Below are positions 1 through 11,787 of a stretch of 64,000 nucleotides of DNA, one piece after another (the stretch's first letter is position 1; each line of letters begins with the position of its first letter). Under the pieces are notes generated by a model. It did not search any database, was not told the origin of the DNA, and saw nothing but the letters and a program-made list of their open reading frames with translations. Origin of the DNA: Balanoglossus misakiensis (Eukaryota > Animalia > Hemichordata); the NCBI GenBank assembly GCA_040954595.2, contig CM082586.2, forward strand, positions 1,927,124 to 1,991,123. Reading direction: 5' to 3'. A program made the position numbers and the translations under genes.

Positions 1-2220
1 ATTTAGAGATTCAAACAACCATCTTGAACGCCCACAGATATTATAGTTTTGTGGTAACTTTATTAGCATCTGCAGAAGTCATAGTCCTGCCACCGAGATT
101 CAACCGATTGCAACCAACTTCCACAATCATGTATCAACATGGCTGCCATCTTCATCAACCAGTGACAAATGCCAAGCTGATCTCTGCTTGGTGAAACGCT
201 AACCAGCCATTCCGGTAGAAACCTATTAGTATTAACAGGAACCATTTTAGCCACCCAGGCTGAGTTATCTTTCCAATTTGCCTCAATTTGTTAGAGTCAG
301 TGATGCCAGCTAATTGCCTTACACAATACGAATACAACTCTAAGCAATCTTACAAGGACATTTTATAGGTGTGCCACAGAAATTGGCTCCTACACAAAAC
401 AACGTGTCTTTTCTCAATCCTGGCTCCTGACTATTCTATTTTCTCAAACATGGTTTTATTCTTGCATATTTTCCTGGTGGCACTTTCATATTTCAAGATA
501 AATCAGACAAAAATCAAGGTTTATCAAATTTTGATAAACTCATACGCATCAGTATATATCTGTGGGAAATTACATCATTTCTGTGCCGTTTAAAGCTCAT
601 ATAAACACGGGCAATATGACAAATTTAAATTTACGTAACAATTATTTCTTTTGTTCTAGTTATGCGTGTGTGCTATTGGATTGGTTTTTCACATTCCCCT
701 TTCCAAGCTCTTGAATTCTAAAAATAACAACAGTGCATCACAATACTTGTTATTTTTAGGTGTTTTTGTTTATCCACATTCCTGGAGCTACTCAAGCTGT
801 AACAATCAGAGATACCCAAACAAGTTTCAGAGTTGCGGCAAGCCTGAGCAATCCCACAGGAACTTAAGGAGGGTCGTCACATCATGACTAACAAGGAGAC
901 TGCACACGACCAGTTTGACAAAAACAAATCTCATTGTAAAAAGACTGGTGTCTTCATTTCTTTTTCTCTCTTTTTCCTCTTTTTATCGTTTGTAATAAAA
1001 CGTTTTCGAGCCAGAGCCCCTGGGGGGTGTGACACTGCACCAAAAGACAGCACTGTTCTCCAGACTCACTTGGCTGGCTGCTAATAAGTGTGCTAATAAA
1101 ACCAAAAAGCCAAGTGGCGGGGTTTAGCCGGAGCTGGTTCTGTTTCATGCTAAATGGTGCATGTAATGACCCCAGTACAATATGTCAGGGCGGTGCGAGA
1201 TTGTCGGCGTGAATGAGCAATAAAGCGACACAAATCGCCGTGGAAAGATCCTCCGTCCGCCCGACATTGAGAACCGTGGAGAACTCTGTGTTTGCGAAAC
1301 AGAAAAAGCAGACAAAGAGACAAACCACCCACAGCCTGTCAGACAGTCCACATAACACTTCTCAGAATTCGATCAACGCGGGTAAACATGCACCCCTATG
1401 CAGAGTATTTTTAGGCAGACTTGCTTCAGTGGACGGCAGAGACAAATCCCTGCCCCAGGACAAACCATTCTCATACAGGGGGATTACATGCCTTAAAACA
1501 ACCAGGGGGGAGAGATCTGAACACTGACAATGGATGCAGACTTGCCAATGAAGCAAAGCCCCCGGTGGCTGCTATGATGCAAATTGAAGCTCTTACTCAT
1601 CTCTCTCAGTATGCGTTTATCTTAGAGCAGTACGCCCAAGAACAATGTGGCTGCATTGCTCCATCAGAACCAACAAGCCCTCCTCTCGACTGAAGTCAAC
1701 AAAATACCCCCATCACACTGCCCCCCCCCCCCTCCCCTACAGTACGACACATCACAAACCAAACTATTCATCCAATATCAGACAAAAGACATATGACTAA
1801 CCTCCTTAAGAATTTTTGTTATCACACAGACAATAAGGAATAAATGGTTCCTTTTCTATGTTGTTTGGGCATTGTATACCAGTTGACTTGGATACAATAG
1901 TTCAATAGCAACAGAAAAGAATACCTTGAGTCCAGACAAAACAATTTACTGAAAACTTCAAATATAGACTAGGAACTTATAAACATTATTTTGTTCATAT
2001 TTTCTTGTATTTGGCTATGCCGTTTACTTGGAGGTCCAATTTCCACACACTTGAGAATGTGTGCATAACCACTGGGCATGAAATACAACAGACAGGTTTA
2101 ATTTGCAGGAAATCTGCTGATATTACATGCAGAGATTTCAAGACCAGTGTTCTGCATTTCCCGAAGTTTATTACATTGTTTCTTAAACTGCTACAGCAAA
2201 TCTTTTAGCACACACATTAA

Positions 2221-2272
2221 GTTGATGATGATGATGATGATGATGATGACGACAATGGTATTGATGACGGTA

Positions 2273-2304
<32 letters not shown>

Positions 2305-2327
2305 GGTGGTGGTGGTGATGATGATGT

Positions 2328-2391
<64 letters not shown>
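2221..2391. repeat. Compound trinucleotide microsatellite (GAT)n(GGT)n(GAT)n(GAC)n
   Basis: Directly visible; explains the poly-M/V/T and poly-S/P ORFs. Confidence 0.98.
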
Positions 2392-4924
2392 AGTGGATGA
2401 AAGTGCATTGACATTAGTTGAGGCAAGCTGAAGGACGTTTGATCATTTGTTTCTAAAACCCTGTCTGCATCCAAACGTCACCATCACAACCATAGTTGCT
2501 ACTAGTCTAGCCAAACTATGCCAGGTTCCACAAAAGGACCAAAGCCAGACATTTACTGTTTTGACATTCCTTGGCAATCCATCAGCGAGTTGCTTTATTT
2601 CTCCTCAGTGGTGGCTTTCAAAAATTTATCACATCTTCTTTCAAGACTCCACTGGTATTTTCTTGTGTCTGAGTAGGCACATTGTTACCATAGGTGCTTC
2701 CTGCAACACGTTTTCACACCCAAAAAAGAGCTTGGAAGAGACTACAGGTCTGTTTTCAATGATTCCATCTTGATTGAATAGATGATGCAATGCCTGACTG
2801 GAGAATATCTGACACAATCATTACGACTGTGAGTCCGTGAAATTATTAAGCTGGTGTGAAATCGGCAACAATGAAACTTTGTGTTGGAAACGCAGACAAC
2901 GTCCATAAGAGTTGAAAAGACTTGCTATTATGCTAACTTAGAAGGTACAGGTACGCACTGCCCTCTGATCTAATATATCACATCACTGGCGTAAAGATAA
3001 ATTCTCTGCAATGTACAAAGATTTATTCATAGTACATGTGCCGCTACAGGACAACTGAGTTTCAACAGATTCTTGAAAGTGAGACGTTTCTGCAGAAAGT
3101 ATGTCTCTTGGATACATCATTACATGAGATAGATGTTCATGAAACTCAATCATAGCTTCTGTCAGAACATGCGGTTATTCGCCTTCTGGTCATGAATGAA
3201 AAAGGGCTGCTAACCCGTGGCCTCCTGACCTAAAAATCCCATTTGTTCACAACGTGACAATTGCATCATTGAAAATTACAAGGTGGAAACTGGCTGGTAA
3301 TGTGCTCAGTCTGGTTGTGTACTGCAAACAAAGGCTTAGAGCCACTTGTTATTTGGAAAAGATGGGTTGGCTCAAATCATCAAACATGGTCAACCAAAGA
3401 CACGCCAGTTTATGAATGACAGTACTTCGTAGTAGACACTGCATCTTCCTCAGACAGAGTTCTAAAATGTGAAAGGCTCAGTCGCACCTGGTATCCACCA
3501 TTTTCTTTTAGTCACAATACACCCTAAATACCATGGCAACATATCTCCAGTAATCAAATTTACTAATGGGGTATTAAGGCCCTGTATTCAAACATAAACT
3601 AGTTTTCGCCAGTTTTATTTCAGTCACACTCTCTCATCATCACTTCCTTCAAATGTCTCGCGCTGTGCAATACATGTGTTTTTATGTCACAAGAAGAGTG
3701 GTCCTATACACCTAAGTGGCAAACAAACACTGAAGGACTAAAATGTGGGAACGCCGAGTGAGACGAAGGATGACTTGACACGCTGGCAAGCACATGAATG
3801 CACAGATCATCCCAAGAATCACGTTTTAGGGAACGAGACGCTCGATGCAGTTCGCGAAATCCTCGTAAATGACCGAGGTTCGCCAGGGGTGACTGGGAAA
3901 ACTGAGTTTTGTAGCTTGGGTCTGACACCCGCCGGCCAGCCAAGCGGAGACTTTTTTTGTCGACGGCTGATGGAGCTGGTGATTAATGGTTAATTTCGAG
4001 TACAGGCAGTCTAGCAAGGGACGTTGTAGTCCAGAATCTGATACCTCTGTACAAATAGTGAGTGAATCAGAAAATGGCTCTGAGAGTCCGTGAGTCTGTG
4101 GTAAATACAGAAACCTCTGCAAAGTTGGAGTAGTTGGTGATGTGAGAAGAACCAGTTGCTCCATTACATGTATACATATAATGTGTGTGCTTGTCAGATT
4201 TGACAGTTACACATGACTCTCCCAAAGACACCAAAGGACAGAACCTTGACAAACCCTGGTGATTCCTTTAAATGTGTCATGCATGCAGTGTCACACGAAC
4301 AAACTCCCTTACTTGGAAGACTGGGAAATGTTGGCGCTCTGACTTTACATTTCAAATTTTACCTGATGAGAAAAATGCTACGGACAAGCGTACCAGCACA
4401 CAGGTTAAGCTGCCTACAGTCAGATTGCTAAATCCATTACACTTTATTACATGGTTACCACTCAACGACCAGTTGGTCAGTATTAACCGTTACATAGTTA
4501 GAGTTTATCGCATCCAACAGAAGCCAATCACCTGGCAATTTCAGCAGGCCTACCATTCACCAGACAATACTATGGACTAGGTAAATCCCAAAGGGCCAAA
4601 GAGTTCACAACACAAAAGACTTGACAGGGCATACATAGAAGGGCATATCGATATATCCCGATAGTTATACTTTTGACACTAGACCAATATTTAATGTACG
4701 AAGTGACACTCCTGCTACTGTTTAGAAACAGACAACCTGGTGATGTACACGCACACACACACACACACACATTATTATCAACTGCTACAAACTAATGGTA
4801 GAACAGCAGTTCAAGAACTAGTTCCCCCTGTTATGAGCTATTGCACATGTTGGGGAAACAACTGCATTCTGGGAAATGGCTGCATCCTCTTGTGCGCACT
4901 GAGATGATGCAGGGGCAGGGAACT

Positions 4925-5018
4925 TTAACCCTTTCACCCCCAGTTCCCTCTTTAGAGGTTCGTCCTTACCTTAAGAAAACGACGGGTTTGGACTGAACCA
5001 TGGTGGTGAAAGGGTTAA
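4925..5018. mobile_element. piggyBac-like MITE, copy 1 (TTAA target-site duplication)
   Basis: TTAA-CCCTTTCACC...GGTGAAAGGG-TTAA; 86-bp body; highly similar to the copy at 21971-22072. An extra right end AACCATGGTGGTGAAAGGGTTAA lies at 5053-5075. Confidence 0.8.
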
Positions 5019-8000
5019 AACACAGAAAAATTCATGTACAACAACCTTCACTAACCATGGTGGTGAAAGGGTTAATGAAAGGACAAACGTCAACCAGACC
5101 AGGCCAAAACCAAACCAGGCCAAAAATGCGGCATAGCAATATCGGGGTTCTCTACGCATCAACCCATCTATGTCCACCACATGATAATAATCAACCGAAC
5201 AATACATTTAATTGTCGTACTGGAATCCTCCCCGACAACAAAATCATTTAAAACACAGACTTGTTTTCCACACAAACACTTTACCAACAAGGATGTTTGG
5301 ACACACCAAACACTTATCTGGCTATTAAGCCAAGCTTTGTTGAATTCCAAGAACAAGGTTTGTGTTTAGCCGACTTTTTAGCTTCAAATATAGGGGTAAC
5401 TGTTCAACTTTGGTATTTCATTCGCCCAGGTGTCTAATAATAATATGCTTGGCAAACCGCCCAGCTCAATGTGCACTTTTCATACTGTCAAGTACAATAT
5501 TTTTCTTATTTGGCTGCACTGTACTTAAGCATTTGTGTACCCCTCAATTTGACCAGGATATGAAAAATATTCGAGTCCACCAAAATGACTGGTTAAAGCT
5601 ACACCTCAACAGACATGAACCAAAACAAGACGGACCAAGACAGCTCCCCTACTCCAACCAACCAAGGCCAAGCGGACCAACCAACCAACCAACAGATCGC
5701 TATTTATAGTGTGCTTTGTTAGATAGATTCCCTCACAGCCCTCCTCTAAAAAGGCATGCCAACATACCCTCTGACTTAATGCATGTATGCCCTCAACGTT
5801 TCAGCATAGCTTGTTTGCCAAACCAATGAACCCCATACACACTCCTACAGCTTACACTGACTATACTGTGCCCTGCTTTGTACAGAGTACAGTGGAGAGT
5901 CAGACCAGGGTTGGGCTGTGAGAGAGTCTACGAGCCTGAAATAATATAGGAATTTTCCAAACTGCTTGACCAGTGGAATCAAAACTGCCCAAAATTATTG
6001 TATCTAAATTCTTGTGTACCGGTAATTGGCTCCAAAGACACATAGCAAAGAATGGCTTCTCTATTGGCCCTCTCAGTGGACAGACCATGATGTAGCACAT
6101 TTCTCTCGACGAACAAGCACTTACCACTAAACAGTAACAATTTCGACACGACTTGAATGAAATTCAAACTATGCCCAAGCACTCAGGGCGTTTATTCTTT
6201 TTATTTTCCTTCCCGCATTCTCCAGTCAAGTGGCCCATTTGCCCTAGTGTGTGAATGCTTCCAATCTCTGAGCGTCTCTAACGCAAACCGAGACACACAC
6301 ACTCACAATACCAAAGAGCTAAATCCAATCAGGGCCTCTGTCAATATTTTGCATCAATTACAACAAGCGACCAGTGTCCAGCATGGAGGCTCTTCTTTTG
6401 AAATCACGACCAGTGACATCACGGCGTGTCGTCACTGGTTTACTAACCCGCACTAAATATTTCTGCGTCTCCATTGTTGAGGCCCGGTTTGTATTTACTC
6501 AACATTTGTTTCATTAGTCGCAAAAGTTATGTCCTGTGTAATGTCTGCTTCTGGCATTAGCGCTGGAGTTGGGATCGCAACAACCAGAAGAATAGATCCA
6601 CCGACCCCTGTTTTTTCCCCTCTACAACAGAACATATGATTTAACGCTACATTTGCCACACACAACACCAGTCCCCAGTGGCCGGTCGGAATCAAAGCGC
6701 ACTAGCACAAACAAAACAGAAGTCATCTCTCTCTTTCTCATCACCTTGGAGAATTGAAAAATAAACCACACATCACAACAATTTCTTTTCAAAAAGACTG
6801 TTTTGTTAAACCCCACAAGACTGTCTATGTCGACTTCAAATATCTTGAAAAAATAAAGTTTCGCTGCGCTGGCAAGAAATCCCACCAAGAATGAATGAAC
6901 AAACAGACTTTGTTTATCCTGTATTCTTCTCTCTCATAACACTCTCGAAGTCAGAAGTCTTTAGAGATACCTGCAGGAATCTGATCTGTTAGTACACTAG
7001 AAAGTACAGCTCACACTGTTGCCAGTTTACAGGTTCAAATCAGCATCATCCCCAGTATTAAAAGTTTATTGAGGTTTTCAGAATTCATTCACAATTACGG
7101 TGAACCCTTTTTTATGACAAATGCTGCAGAAAACCAGATTTCTTTTTCAACAAATCTCGGCCACATATTCATTGAGCTTTCCTGACCAACCAAACTACGA
7201 ACACAAAAGACCAATAAACAGCTGATATTCCACTCGGTTATCCAAGCTCTTGTTGGTCATCTAGAGAAAATTGTCGGTATTCTCCGGAGGTGTGTGTTCT
7301 GTATTCTCTGGAGTTGTGTGTGTAGGGTCATCGACCATCACCAAGGAATGTGTATGTTGTCACAGGTTGTCTTGACAACAGTCATTACATCCAATGTTTT
7401 GTCACTGCTCTGTAGGATTCCAATGAAGACATTGTCCAAATTTTAAGCATATTTTATTTTACATATAATGGGTTGTAGGTTTTCTGCGCTGTCAGGATGA
7501 GTTTTACTATAAAAAGGGTAGGGTGTGGGTCCTACACACATTACCAGAATGACATACACCATCTGGAAGTATTTTGACCACAATGTCGCTGCGTTGCTAA
7601 GTATAACGCTGAAGTGGAACATATCTTTTTTAAATTATAATTTCCTGATGAATGAAGACATCACGGCCAAACCAAAGATTTATGCGATACAAGAATTGTT
7701 CCCACCAATGTAACAAGAGACCCTGACTGCCTTCATCTCTCAATTCCATTCATCTGACATCACTCACGTAAAAGAATCACCAGACAAATATTTACTGAAT
7801 TAGGATTACATACAGCAATGCATCATCCCAAATTAGCAAAATCGTATGATGGAAGGCAGACATTTATCAGAACATAAATCTTGCTAATTTGGATTTAGCA
7901 CTTAATGCACGTACACAGTTTTTCCCCACACTTCAATTCAAAGACTGTAGATTTCTTTTATCACGGACACTGGGTGCAGAAACTACAAACTCTGCTAGTG

Positions 8001-9661
8001 GTGCACAGATTGGCACTTGTTTCACACCAAATTTGACACCTTGTTCAAGCACTGAACGCTTTTTTTTGCACACGGTCATTTTCGCACACATGACTGGGCC
8101 AGCGAGGATAATAGATGTGTATCAATGGTAAGAGACACACTTCATTGTCAATATCAACAATGCATGCAGACATCTGATAACCTCAGATGACCTTGATTAT
8201 ACGCTACACCTTAGGGAAGAGAACTTGACAGTCTACGGACGTCACCAGGCCTAATTTAAGCATTCGCGCTCTCAGCGATAAACCGTCAACTGAACAGAAC
8301 TAAGACAATGCTGTCCGCCGAAAGCCCGGTTCCGGGAATGCCATAATAAGAACCGTTTTTATATTCAGCGAATGAATATAAAACCACAGAATTTAAGACC
8401 CGGAGAACTGAAGACAGGGAAAAGAGGTCAAGACCCAGATAACATCACACAAAGACAGGGATACGTCACTACACGTCTGAAGCTCATTCAACAGTTGCTC
8501 ATATTCACATGACGGTCTCCTCCTTTCTGACTACACAGACATCACAATATCCATTTCTGCTGACACTATTAAACCAGTTTTAGTGTTATGACAGCTTATG
8601 CTGACCTGACTGAATGGTCTCTGCAAAAGACATGATCTGTCTATCTCGTCAACTTCCTTGCCCTTACCGAGCACATTGCATGATTTAGCAATTCGCAAAG
8701 GCGGTCGACCCGATTGACATCTTTATCAAAATATTTCCCCAGTTGCCACATACTACCATAGTGAGCAACTCACAGGCATAAAAGAACCACGCTAGCTTTT
8801 TTTATCTGTCCATCACAATGAGATAAACGGCCCCGCTTTCTGCTGCACTCTGACTTCAAACACTGCGTGTCGTTTCCTTTGACAAACCCAGTTCCATTTC
8901 GTCACAAACCATCCTCTGTTGCAAGAAATTGCAACCCAGTATCTCGTCTCACCGCGCACAATACGAATCATCTGCTCGAATTGACTTGTGAACCAGGGAG
9001 CCCTAACAAAAGCCCAACTTCTCAAAATTAATTTCTCTCCAGGTTAAAGCACTCTGGAGGCCGACTTTTCTCCATTGTAAATCTCAAGGATGAATTCGTA
9101 AAGGTGAGCGCAAAAAAAGAAACCAACAACAGATTGGGTCATCTCAACTTTCTGCAGTGATTGCGTCTGAATTTGCATAGGTGACCGAACACCTTTGATG
9201 TTGCCACGGTTCCCACATCATTTTATCAGCACTACCCAGAGTGTACCTAATTGACCCAGAATGGGAAATACATTTACACTGTCCCAGGAATCATGCTTGG
9301 CACTGTTCTCCATTATTTATCAGTTTTCCTGGATATTAGCACAAAAACAGCTGTTCTAATCCGAGTGCAACTTTGACGACACCCGACCATGGCAACGTTG
9401 ATTGAGTGATTGATCTACAGTTTTCCCTCTGCACAATCTACACAAACTTGCTTAATTTTGACCCACTTCCACATGAAGAAAGTAATGAAGTGTGAACACT
9501 ATAACCATACATATCAAGAACACACTTCCTCTGAACAAGAGACTTCACGCTGGGTTCATAAACCCAGATTTTTTTTAGATTTTTTTTTAAAGGTCAAAAA
9601 TGCTATTTTGGGAGTTAATGCATGTGCAGTAATGTTTGTAAATTTATTTCCACAATCACCA

Positions 9662-9726
9662 ACATTTCACGATAACCCAAGTATAAACTGAGCAGCTCAG
9701 TTTATACTTGGGTTATCGTGAAATGT
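9662..9726. repeat. Perfect inverted repeat, 32-bp arms with 1-nt spacer
   Basis: ACATTTCACGATAACCCAAGTATAAACTGAGC-A-GCTCAGTTTATACTTGGGTTATCGTGAAATGT. Confidence 0.95.
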
Positions 9727-9771
9727 ATATATCAGCTCAGAGCTGATTTTCCTGTGGGTGACTTTCCTTAC

Positions 9772-9849
9772 CTGTTTTGGTTCTTTGCATGCGCCAACTT
9801 GAGTCATAAACTCTCTCTGGACCTGGAACGCCTTGGCAACCATGTCAGC
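9772..9849 (-). CDS. CAP1: CAP coding exon 3 (helical folded domain)
   Basis: gtcccgtttcag|ADMVAKAFQVQREFMTQVGACKEPKQ|gtaagg; 78 nt, phase 0/0; matches the CAP A.MV..AF..QR.F...K.P pattern. The next exon (FNHL...LGWV) was not found in 1-9771. Confidence 0.93.
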
Positions 9850-10071
9850 CTGAAACGGGACACAAGAAGACTGTCAGCATTTTCCTTCAAAGTATCTGCA
9901 GTTCCTTGTTATGTTTCTTGATTAACAAGGTATCTCTCCGAGTCCCGCAAAAGGTTGACATCTCACTGTCAACGAATTTGATCACACACTCTATTGGGAA
10001 TTAAAAAACAGATACATTGTCTGTGTATCTCACACGCAAGCGATTTGATTGGTTATCTGTATGTATCTCAC

Positions 10072-10172
10072 CTGGGTTGCAACATCTCCACCAATCTGCT
10101 TGCTGAGAGACAGAAAAGACGCCAAGGAACTACTTAGCACTGCATCGAAGTCTTGCAAAATAGCTGAGTCGC
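10072..10172 (-). CDS. CAP1: CAP coding exon 2 (start of helical folded domain)
   Basis: ccatctgctcag|(G)DSAILQDFDAVLSSSLASFLSLSKQIGGDVATQ|gtgaga; 101 nt; the FD...LSK.IGGDV motif is diagnostic of CAP. Confidence 0.95.
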
Positions 10173-11672
10173 CTGAGCAGATGGAATAAACAAAGTCATT
10201 AATTCTTAACTTGCTAATGGTTCAAAGCCATGAATGACAACACAAAGTTGAATCAATATGCCAAGTGGTCTGCCCGAAGCAATTAAATAGTTGGCTACAA
10301 CCTTTAATTATTTTTTTTATTTTACATTTTCTGTCCGAGTGAAATCATGTAAATTGTCCATCATTAGAGAGCTGCACTCAGACAACAGATATGCTAAAAT
10401 ATTAAAAGAAATAGCTACAGTCCTTCTGAGTGAATTACAAGCTTTCAACAAACTACTACACCACGTGAAAATTCTAAAGTTTCTACAGACCGTGACAGAG
10501 ATGACACTATGAGTTACTCCCATCTAGTCTACACTATCTGTTGCAACATAGTAGACAAGACACCAGAAATAACAGTAGCAATGCTTTGTTTTTTATATTT
10601 TGTCCTTTTCGTCCTGCTGTAGTGGAAAGAAAGGAGGGTTTATGAGAGAATCTAGCCCAGTTCATGCAAAGCTTTACTGCATGCAGGAGATGTTAGGGTG
10701 TGGTGAATTCTCATGCTTATGTGATCTTAAACATCATTCAGTAGAGGTGCTAAGACTGGAAAACTGTTGACCAGGCCAAAATAGTATTTGAACGATCGAT
10801 GCTGTAACAAGCAAAGTCAAAGATTTATATTGTTGACCTATGACTCTCCATATTGTCATGTAATAAACCTGGTAATTGTGGCAGTGCTGGACTAGGTTCG
10901 GTAAATAACTTTAATCCCAACATTTCAAATGTACATGTAAGTAATTGCCCACCTGTTCAAAAATGCCAGGCTTTAACTTTTTAAGTGTTTGTTATCAGAT
11001 CTCTATGATTCAGGATCAGCGTGTCAGATTAGCGTTGTTTACACAACCAAACAAAAAATGCAGTAACTCGTGTTTCTGATTATCATTTACAGAGATTCCA
11101 GACATTGATTCAGAATGAATGAGAAATGCCCTGTTTTTCACTGCAGTAGGATTCTACATCGTTTTGTAATTATCTAATTTTTCAACACTGCCCATAATCA
11201 GGACTCGTATTAGATTTTACAGCAATTCACATTCCATAAGTCATACATCATGTTCAGGTGTTGTCAGATGAGGTTTAATCTTGTGTGAATGGATAAGTGA
11301 TGGTTTAGTGAGGGTTGTTGAGGGGGACTGGTGATATTAATAAAATTATTTTATGACTGGTTTATGGATTTCAGAACCAGAGAAAAGAAACACAACTTTA
11401 AATTAAACCCAGTTTATATGATATTAATGATAAAAATAAAACAACACAACTGAACGATTGCACCCCTATTCAAAATGGTCTGTGCCTCCTCTCAATTGAG
11501 CGACAACTGACGTTTGGGATCATCGACTGTTTAAACAGGGGTGCAATGGTCAGGTGTTGCAGGAAAGTGAAATGAAAGCTGTTAATTTTTGTTAAAAAAG
11601 TACCTCCTTTCTTTTCACCACCAGTGACGGTCTGCAAACGTCTTATGACGTTACCCAGCGACGCGTTTATAC

Positions 11673-11787
11673 CTGCTGCATCGCCGCCAGACGTGGCTGC
11701 AACTCCTCCTCCTTTGGCTGCAACGCTTTCCAAACGACCGGTCACTTCTTCCAGTCTACGGATCAAATCGCCAAGCTCACCAGCCAT
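11673..11787 (-). CDS. CAP1: Adenylyl cyclase-associated protein (CAP/Srv2), first coding exon (N-terminal RLE oligomerisation motif)
   Basis: MAGELGDLIRRLEEVTGRLESVAAKGGGVAATSGGDAA-G|gtataa; RLE..RLE motif; acceptor ttattttcag at 11803 (exon starts 11802); phase-1 donor as recalled for vertebrate CAP1. CAP1 vs CAP2 orthology cannot be assigned. Confidence 0.93.

Noticed and set aside
2147-2474. Poly-M/V/T and poly-S/P ORFs on both strands
   Set aside because: Translation of a compound trinucleotide microsatellite inside a CAP intron.
3826-4164. 112-aa minus-strand ORF ending in ...CIERLVP, considered as an extra CAP exon
   Set aside because: No CAP motifs and no phase-compatible splice sites found.
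11470-11603. C-terminal part of the 105-aa ORF 11470-11787
   Set aside because: Intron read-through beyond the second donor; no CAP similarity.
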